DNA of 62,326 bases, counting the filler, from Collodictyon triciliatum (taxonomy: Eukaryota), in the NCBI GenBank assembly GCA_043381765.1. It is 7 parts of 7 records of this genome, joined end to end, with 100 filler letters (N's around TTAATTAATTAA, not from the genome) between each part and the next. Parts side by side here need not be neighbours in the genome. Positions count along the whole stretch, not along the records: positions 47,175 to 55,393 come from JBHJMP010000126.1; positions 55,494 to 62,326 come from JBHJMP010000129.1; 5 more parts are not named here. One strand, written 5' to 3'. A program made the position numbers and the translations under genes. How positions within the stretch are numbered: the first letter of the stretch is position 1; every line of letters starts with the position of its first letter. Shown in pieces: positions 54,167 to 62,326 of the stretch. The notes under the pieces were generated by a model. The model ran no database searches and was not told the origin of the DNA. It saw nothing but the letters and a program-made list of their open reading frames with translations.

Positions 54167-54428
54167 GGTGAAAAATACGGTACAGGCTCTTGTCCCGCTC
54201 ACTGGATAAAGAGGAGCAATGTGCAGCCATCTGATGAGCTTAACAAATATGGAGAGTCATACTTATAGAAACCATGAAAAAGACTCCTAGGGTACGAATG
54301 CTGTGGATGAACATATATGTGACATAAAACAGTATGATCCTAACTGCAGGTGAGGCATTGGCCGACAAAAGGCGGGCCGACAGACCGGTCTGCAATGGGC
54401 TGGCTTGAAGCAGTTTTGAGGCGATCAT
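51095..54428 (-). CDS. ALDH6A1: Methylmalonate-semialdehyde dehydrogenase, mitochondrial; 12 exons including a 2-nt exon
   Basis: Contains [99 protein letters not shown] and [12 protein letters not shown]. The N-terminus looks like a presequence. Confidence 0.97.
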
Positions 54429-54721
54429 ATCTGTTTGCAGGGATGAGTGATGCGTTCAGTCTTTAGGTTGGATCGTTCCTTGCGCGCTTCTCCGCACTTT
54501 GCTAGCGTGGTGTTAGCGCGACTTGGAACGGCAGAGATTTGGCGATCAGAACTGATCCACGGCAGGCTGGGAGAAAGAAGCCAAGCGTCACATTTAAAGG
54601 ATGGATGAAAAAATATGTTGTGGGTTCCGTGGTCAGTTGACATTGAACTGCCCAGTTTGGCTTCTTCAACTGGAAATAGGGTGCATTCGGCAGCCATCTA
54701 CTGATTTAAGGCAAAGAAAGT

Positions 54722-55393
54722 CATGCCATACAAAGGGGCGGGATGGGAGCGCATGGGAGAGAGCAAACGCGAGTAGGAGAAGACACTACCATGGAGAGGG
54801 TAGCACGAGGAAAGAAATCAGTGATAGCGAGCTGGTCGGGTGGGCGTCCCAACTGGTTGATTGGTTGCGTGGGTAGCAGAGGTTTGAATATGCTGTGGGA
54901 GGTATCGCACGACACATTCCCACATCTCTCTTCGCTTCCGGTCAGAGTAGCAAAGAATGCGAGCGTGCTTCAGCAGGCTGTTCAGGAAGCTGTATTGCAC
55001 GAGGCTCTCAAGCCTGGAGACATTGATTTCTCGTTCGGGTAAATCATTGGAGCGAGAGAATGCACGCACACTCCATAAGGCCCACAACATATGTCCCCTT
55101 GTGACTGTCCAGAGTATTCTAGAGTCGTGGGTCATTTGGAATTGTGGGCCAAACAGGATGTCGGACGTGCTGGGTCGGTTGGGAGCATAATCAAGCTCAG
55201 AGAGCATCTTGTGGGTCGATTCTGTCACTTTTTGAGCAAGGGAGCACTTCACAAATGTGTGTTCGATAGAGTCGTCTCCACTATGGCACATGGTGCATTC
55301 TGGAGAGGTCGTTGCTGCATGGACTACACGCGCACCTATCCACAGCTCTCTGTTGGAGATATTGAGAAGTAGGGCGCGGTGCTTCGGGAGTAG
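54722..55393 (-). mobile_element. 3' end of an L1/Tx1-type non-LTR retrotransposon (ORF2 zf-RVT region plus 3' UTR), cut by the scaffold end
   Basis: Open frame LLPKHRALLLNISNRELWIGARV...PECTMCHSGDDSIEHTFVKC...LWALWSVR runs to a stop at 54818. CxxC...EH.F..C and W..W..R are typical of LINE ORF2 C-termini. Confidence 0.85.
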
Positions 55394-56472
55394 NNNNNNN
55401 NNNNNNNNNNNNNNNNNNNNNNNNNNNNNNNNNNNNNTTAATTAATTAANNNNNNNNNNNNNNNNNNNNNNNNNNNNNNNNNNNNNNNNNNNNCACAAAA
55501 AAAAGAAAAAAAAAATGGACAAAAATATTACGGGCCGAAAAGCAACTCAAAAAAAAAAAAAAAAAAAAAAGAACGAAACAAAACTCAGTTCTTTATTCAT
55601 TCTCCTTGACCTCCTATCTAGTTCCATAAAATGCCTCTAATAAAAATACTTTTGCTGGACCGGAAAGAACAGAAAGCTAAGAAAAAAAAAGGAGTAAAGG
55701 AGAAATCATCAATCTAAAATAAAAGTGGCGCTTACAAAACTGCTTAAAATGAAAACCAAAAATTCTGACAGAATCCTTCCTTTTCTGCGTCTGTTTAATA
55801 TTGAATTATTCTTGATATGTAGAGTAATTCAGTATCATAGGCTTCAGAAACTGTAAGGAGCGTTGCGTTACTCGAGAGAGAAATTCAGATTACAGTGCAA
55901 TTTTTCTTGCATTCGTTATATATTTGTTTTGTTTATTTGGCCAAACAAAGGCACCGACTTGATTTCAAACAACACAAGCAGCTGGTGCAGACGCTCAGGC
56001 CCTTCGAGAAGAGCGATTGTCCATCGCACTGTGTTATAGCGAAAGATGTTGAGCTTCACCAGCATAGACTCGAAAATTCAGAGGAAACATGTGCATTTTA
56101 AAAAAAAACACTCAAGGAAGTAATCAAGAAAAAAAATCATGTAAAAACCACATAGTAACAATTATATCGATAGCAAGAATTTTAAGCCACTATTTAGTTT
56201 CGTATAAAAAAATCCATACGTTGCTCGTTCATCCTTGAAGGTCACAACAATACCTAGTTGCTCGTTCATAACATACCTTTTATCCTATTTCAATAAAAAT
56301 ATACCATTAAATTATAGCGTTGATAGTTACAAAGATGTCTTATCTTTTCCTTTTTTTTCTTTTTTTTAAAGAAAGATATAAATCACTTAAAGGACTTTAT
56401 TTTTGAAATAAAAATTTGCACTTAACATTCGCTGTGATGTAAAAAAATATTTTAACCCAAGTGACTGATTAC

Positions 56473-57591
56473 CTGCTTAATCTCTGCAGCAGAAAGCTCA
56501 ACAAATCGATTGTTGTTTGAAACAAATTTGAATGGAATCATTCCCAAAGCTCCGTCATAGCGATTCTTTCTGACGTCCAAGAATTGGAAATCAAGGCCTC
56601 TTTGGACTAATGATGTACCAGGAGGTCAGATGATACTTTTGAATGTTTCTTTCTATCATGTATAATTACTAACTAATCACAATATTATCAGCTTCTTGAG
56701 TTGCCTTCGCTGTGCCTGAGACTGGATAGATAATATTTAATTTTAGCCCTTCAGTGTTCAATAGTAATATTAAGAGAGGAAGAAGAAAACGTATTTATAA
56801 ACTGCAAACACCTGATGATGTAGTTAGTTGTGTGTTTGCTTCTTCCTTTCGGGGATGTATTACAATGGTTATATGGACATTCTATGCATACATAAATGTT
56901 CGTTTTTGCTTAATTAGAAGGGTCAAAAATTTCCAGTTTGAATATGAATGAAATAAGCAAATTAAAAGGTTATTTTAAACACACCATCATGGTTGCATAT
57001 TTTCGGAATTTGCTTATTGCATAGTCTTGAATATCGAACTTGTCAAGGCCCCTTCCTTGGTCGCTCAACATGAATTGAAGGTTGTCGATAATTATATGAC
57101 CAACATCATACTTGTTTGAATTCAAAATTTTAAATGAATAAAGTGATCTCTTAAAATCAATTAAGTGTTGATAAGGTCATTTTGAGTCATAATTAATGAT
57201 TCATATACCATTAAATTAAAAAAATAGTGAATTAAGAGGCAGAAAACAGGCGGACAAATAGAAATGAAAAGAAATGAAAAGAAATGAAAAGAAATGAAAA
57301 GAAATGAAATGAAAAGAAATGAAAAGAAATGAAAAGAAATGAAATGAAAAGAAATGAAAAGACAGGAAAAGAAATGAAAAGAAACTAACAAAGATACCAA
57401 AAAAAACTAAAGCATGATAGCAGGGAACTTACTCGATACACAGCAAAATCGATTGCATCAAAAATCTAAACATAATACAAATGAGAGAAGGCGAATTATT
57501 ATTTGAGTTAACATATGAGCTCAATCAGAAATTTACCAAAATAATAAACAAAGACAAAAACAAAGACAACAACAAAATAATAAACAAAAAC

Positions 57592-57625
<34 letters not shown>

Positions 57626-60600
57626 ACAAAAAACAAAAACAAAAAACAAAAACAAAAACAAAAACAAAAACAAAAACAAAAACAAAAAACAAAAACAAAA
57701 ACAAAAACAAAAACAAAAACAAAAACAAAAACAAAAACAAAAACAAAAACAAAAAACAAAAACAAAAAACAAAAACAAAAACAAAAACAAAAACAAAAAC
57801 AAGGGGCTCACGTCATCGATAGCAGTGGACCCGTAAAATTTCATAAAGTATATTTGAAGTTTTGAGAATTCATCTGCATACCTTCGTGATTGAAAAAGAA
57901 GAAGAAAAAAAGGTCGGCAAAACTTCATAACAATCGAATGAAGATATGTTGAATCAATTATAAGTCGTACTTTGGAAATTCCGTCCTAATTAAATTCAAA
58001 TCTCTTCCAAAATACTGGCACATCATTTTCTTAATCAAGTTGGTGTTTTTAACCTGTTTGTAATTTTTAATCAATTAATGTTCAAAATGAAGTTAATTAG
58101 AAGGTACAATGATTGATGTTAATCAATATAATCAAATAGTGATAATTTGTATATAGACTGATAGGTGTATACCTCAAAGCTACCCCATAAAGTGTTTATT
58201 CCTTGGTGTGTAAAGTCTACAGAGAGTTGGCTAAGAAGGGTTGTCTTTCCGCACCCTGGGAATATAATCATAATATCAGCAGACCTAAAAATCAACACAC
58301 ATTTGGTACGACCAAAGAATATCCTTCCAAGAGTACATTCGACTTAATTGGCGGATAGTATTAGACCTGTGGGTCCAGTAACAACTGTTAGCTCTCCTCT
58401 ACGAAGCCCTTTTAAAATCTTATTGTATGTCGGAAACGAAAAACAGGGCAGGCCCGCGCTCTAATGAACGGAAATAGAAAAAGCAGAATTAAATATGTCA
58501 GAATATACTACTCTTGAATGATTATGCCCGATATTTCGTCCTCAATAAAATCAGATCCATCAATCTGTCTATTACCGCCGGGTCATTGATATTGTCAAAC
58601 AGCTCTTTTTGCAACTCTCTAAAGTTCAGGACTTGCCCATGTGTTGGTTTAATAGCACTTTTAACGATTTCCTAGTATATGTATTGTTTTCATGGGATAA
58701 TATCCACAGTTTACCGATATTCTATAGTACTTTCACTTGAAATATTACAAACATTCAAGTCAAGGCCACGTAACAAAGCTTCGCTAGCGTCAATTGGGCC
58801 GTCTGGAGTGCCATTTTTTGAATGAATCACAAAGCATCTGGACCTCCCAAACTGAATGTATGATATTTATGATTTTAAATAAGCTCAGTGCATATATTTA
58901 ACAAGAATGTGAGTATATTGCTATGAACCTTTCTAATGGCCTTCTCTACGCCCTCTCTTCCAACTGGGTCATCTTGAAACCATAAATAAAGTTCATCAAC
59001 ACTGAAAGTAAGAAACTTTCTAAAGTTAAAATTTTCCCCTCGAAACGACGAAATTGTGAAAATATGAAATACGTTATTCTCGAGTTTTTTTTAAATATAA
59101 ATTGTTAGTGATATTTACTCTTCGAGTAGAGGGACAATGGCAGGGGGGATAAAACTTGTTCCAAAAGGCAATGAAAATGCAGGTATTGATGTGCCCTGAT
59201 AGGCTAAATTTCAAAAAAAAATAAATAAATTATAAGCATCGGAGTACTCATCGAACCAAACAACAGAAGAAAACAACAGAAGAAAACAACAGAAGAAAAC
59301 AACAGAAGAAAACAACAGAAGAAAACAACAGAAGAAAACAACAGAAGAAAACAACAGAAGAAAACAAAATACAACAAAATACAACAAAATACAACAAAAT
59401 ACAACAAAATACAACAAAATACAACAAAATACAACAAAATACAACAAAATACAACAAAACANNNNNNNNNNNNNNNNNNNNNNNNNNNNNNNNNNNNNNN
59501 NNNNNNNNNNNNNNNNNNNNNNNNNNNNNNNNNNNNNNNNNNNNNNNNNNNNNNNNNNNNNAGAATAAAATAGAATAAAATAGAATAAAATAGAATAAAA
59601 TAGAATAAAATAGAATAAAATAGAATAAAATAGAATAAAATAGAATAAAATAGAATAAAATAGAACAAAACAAAACAAAACAAAATAAAACAAAATAAAA
59701 CAAAATAAACAAAATAAACAAAATAAAACAAAATAAAACAAAATAAAACAAAATAAAACAAAATAAAACAAAATAAAACAAAATAAAACAAAAGAAAGTA
59801 TTCAAAAGAGAACAAAAGAGAAAATAAAAGATGCCATAAATTTAAGAGAAAGCCACCTGCCATAGCCCCCAATTCCGTGTCTCAGCAAAATAAAAAAAGC
59901 GTAGATGAGAAATGATGACTCAGTTTCTGAAACGAAGAACACATGCATGAATGAATTTTTTCGTAAAAAAAAGAGAGTGTACTATGAAAGGCTAAATTAC
60001 CAGTAAGGATGGCTTTTTTCGTATCTGTCTTTATTATAGGGAGGCCAAATAACGAGACATCAGTGGAATATTTATCACTAGGAAATACCTATTCAGCGTT
60101 GACATGAAGTCTTATTCGGATGCAGAGTCTATTCGGATGGTTGTCATTACAAGGAATGAAAAAAAAAGGAACAAACCTGGTATTCATTACCGATAACCGA
60201 GAAGCACTTTATTCTTTTCAGATTATATTCTTTTGGTATTGCCGATGATTTATTCGGGAGATACCATGGATAAACGACATGGTCTTCAAGGTTACCAAAT
60301 ATGTTTCGTTTGTTGGTAAATCCGACCTGTTTAATTATTCGATTTGTGAGTGAATTACATGTCTCTTGGTGAGATGACCCAAACAGATATTGCAAAACAA
60401 CACTTATTCTTGGCGTGGCTATTTTCTCATCAGTTATTCATCAACAAGAAACTACTTCTTAACTTGACATTTTGGTCACACAAAAAAATATAATGAGATA
60501 ATTTGTTAAGATGTTCATTTCATGATTACGCTGTAGGTTTCCAGGATTTTTGTGTCAATTTTCTTTAGTTTTCGGAAATAATCGACAATCGGGCTTGCAT

Positions 60601-62013
60601 TTATGGGTTCCACTGGAGGAATGAGTTTTGTAGTGTCTTTACTATCAGATTGTAACTAAAGAACATGAATACACATCAGTAAAGAAAAAGAAGAAGAAAA
60701 AACGCCACATATCAGAGTAGAACCTTAGTACCAAAAGCATCTGAACTCGGTAAATTGAAAAAAAAAATCGCTTTCTTTATAAATTCGAACCAGCTACGGA
60801 GAACTATGATGTCTTACTCACTTGATTTGCCCCTGATATTGCCATAAAATCTATGTCCCCATGAAGTCCTTTAAACATGTACCAGGAGCATGACTTTCCA
60901 CAAGAATTGCATGAAAAATGACCGGTGGAACGGTTCAGACTTGAAACTCCTGGCTTCATATTATCGAGGTGTTGGGTTGAAAGCAAAGATATACATAACC
61001 AAAAAATAGTCGGAAAAGAAGCAAAGCAAAACAAAAAAGAAGAAAAGTTATTCGAAAAATGTGTAATACTTCTACAAACGAAGCATCATAGATCTTGTTG
61101 GTATAAAAAAAAAAGGTGCGGCACTCATATACTGGATGCACATTCACTAAAAAAAGTATGCATATAAACATGAATCATAGCATATGTGAATATAAACTGC
61201 TAACCTCCGCACTTTTACAGGCCGGGCACCGTTTCAGGGAGAGCAAGCCTCCATCACGATGAAATTCAATTCCCCTTCGATTCAGGTACGAGGTGATTTC
61301 CTCAGGGTCTCGTGTGACGTGAGAGGAGACATATGCGTTTTGCATATCCGTCGAGTCGACAGCATTAGTGTGCTGTGGAGCAGATACTTGAGCCGCAGGT
61401 TCGACCGGCGGGCGGGTTGTTGCAACGGGCTTTTCAGTTCGACTGCCTTTGCTCTTTCTGCTCGAATGCGTGGNNNNNNNNNNNNNNNNNNNNNNNNNNN
61501 NNNNNNNNNNNNNNNNNNNNNNNNNNNNNNNNNNNNNNNNNNNNNNNNNNNNNNNNNNNNNNNNNNNNNNNNNNNNNNNNNNNNNNNNNNNNNNNNNNNN
61601 NNNNNNNNNNNNNNNNNNNNNNNNNNNNNNNNNNNNNNNNNNNNNNNNNNNNNNNNNNNNNNNNNNNNNNNNNNNNNNNNNNNNNNNNNNNNNNNNNNNN
61701 NNNNNNNNNNNNNNNNNNNNNNNNNNNNNNNNNNNNNNNNNNNNNNNNNNNNNNNNNNNNNNNNNNNNNNNNNNNNNNNNNNNNNNNNNNNNNNNNNNNN
61801 NNNNNNNNNNNNNNNNNNNNNNNNNNNNNNNNNNNNNNNNNNNNNNNNNNNNNNNNNNNNNNNNNNNNNNNNNNNNNNNNNNNNNNNNNNNNNNNNNNNN
61901 NNNNNNNNNNNNNNNNNNNNNNNNNNNNNNNNNNNNNNNNNNNNNNNNNNNNNNNNNNNNNNNNNNNNNNNNNNNNNNNNNNNNNNNNNNCCAAAGAACA
62001 GCAATCTGCTCAT
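56473..62013 (-). CDS. TWNK: Mitochondrial Twinkle (T7 gp4-like primase-helicase), many exons; C-terminal end unresolved
   Basis: Zinc domain CPAC...CNSC and a TOPRIM-like region precede [25 protein letters not shown] (Walker A), [17 protein letters not shown] (Walker B), [22 protein letters not shown] and KNRYDGALG. Confidence 0.95.
59258..59792. repeat. Compound A-rich minisatellite in a Twinkle intron
   Basis: Successive blocks (AACAACAGAAGAA)n, (AAAATACAAC)n, (TAGAATAAAA)n and (AAAACAAAAT)n. Confidence 0.9.
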
Positions 62014-62082
62014 CCACGGGCTCTCCGGTTACGGTTTACTGCGCAAAGTGTAAGGACAACAGAAAGATGAATAACGACATAC

Positions 62083-62142
62083 AGCCGAGTCCTACATTCT
62101 TTTTTCCCCTTTATTCGATTCAATGAAAGCTGAGTCCTACAT
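62083..62142 (-). mobile_element. 30-nt retro-insertion of the same family, 15-bp TSD, upstream of Twinkle
   Basis: AGC(C/T)GAGTCCTACAT at 62083-62097 and 62128-62142 flanks T-run-CCCCTTTATTCGATTCAA. Confidence 0.8.
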
Positions 62143-62251
62143 AGAAGAGTCGCAGGCAAGCATAATACCAATAATGCTATTCAATATAAACATAAAAGAC
62201 ATAAAAAAAAAACAAAAAACAAAAAACAAAAAAAAAACAAAAAACAAAAAA

Positions 62252-62326
<75 letters not shown>

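Noticed and set aside
60108-60139. Near-tandem AGTC(T)TATTCGGATG duplication in a Twinkle intron
   Set aside because: Only weakly similar to the micro-insertion core and has no tail; most simply a local duplication.

Overview
Intron-rich eukaryotic (protist-like) genomic DNA. It is seven unlinked scaffolds joined by artificial N44-TTAATTAATTAA-N44 spacers, so neighbours across spacers are not real neighbours. Genes reconstructed by hand with GT-AG introns: an LRR protein, a Ser/Gln-rich hypothetical protein, a ZNF474-like C2HC finger, a TMEM104-like transporter, an EF-hand protein, ADI1, an Ariadne-like RBR ligase, a Cys-rich extracellular protein with a WD40+FG-GAP gene inside one intron, an arrestin-PH-PH protein, a WD40 protein, ALDH6A1 and mitochondrial Twinkle. 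Mobile DNA: the 3' end of an L1/Tx1-type LINE, a decayed DIRS/Ngaro-like element and many microsatellites. Most striking: (1) about ten ultra-short (17-80 nt) retro-insertions sharing an AATAAA/poly(A)-type tail, most with 13-17 bp target-site duplications, one clearly homologous to the LINE 3' UTR; (2) a 2-nt microexon (AT) that restores the conserved W-M-F-P of ALDH6A1; (3) the nested, nearly intronless WD40/FG-GAP gene. All family assignments come from recalled motifs; no database search was run.
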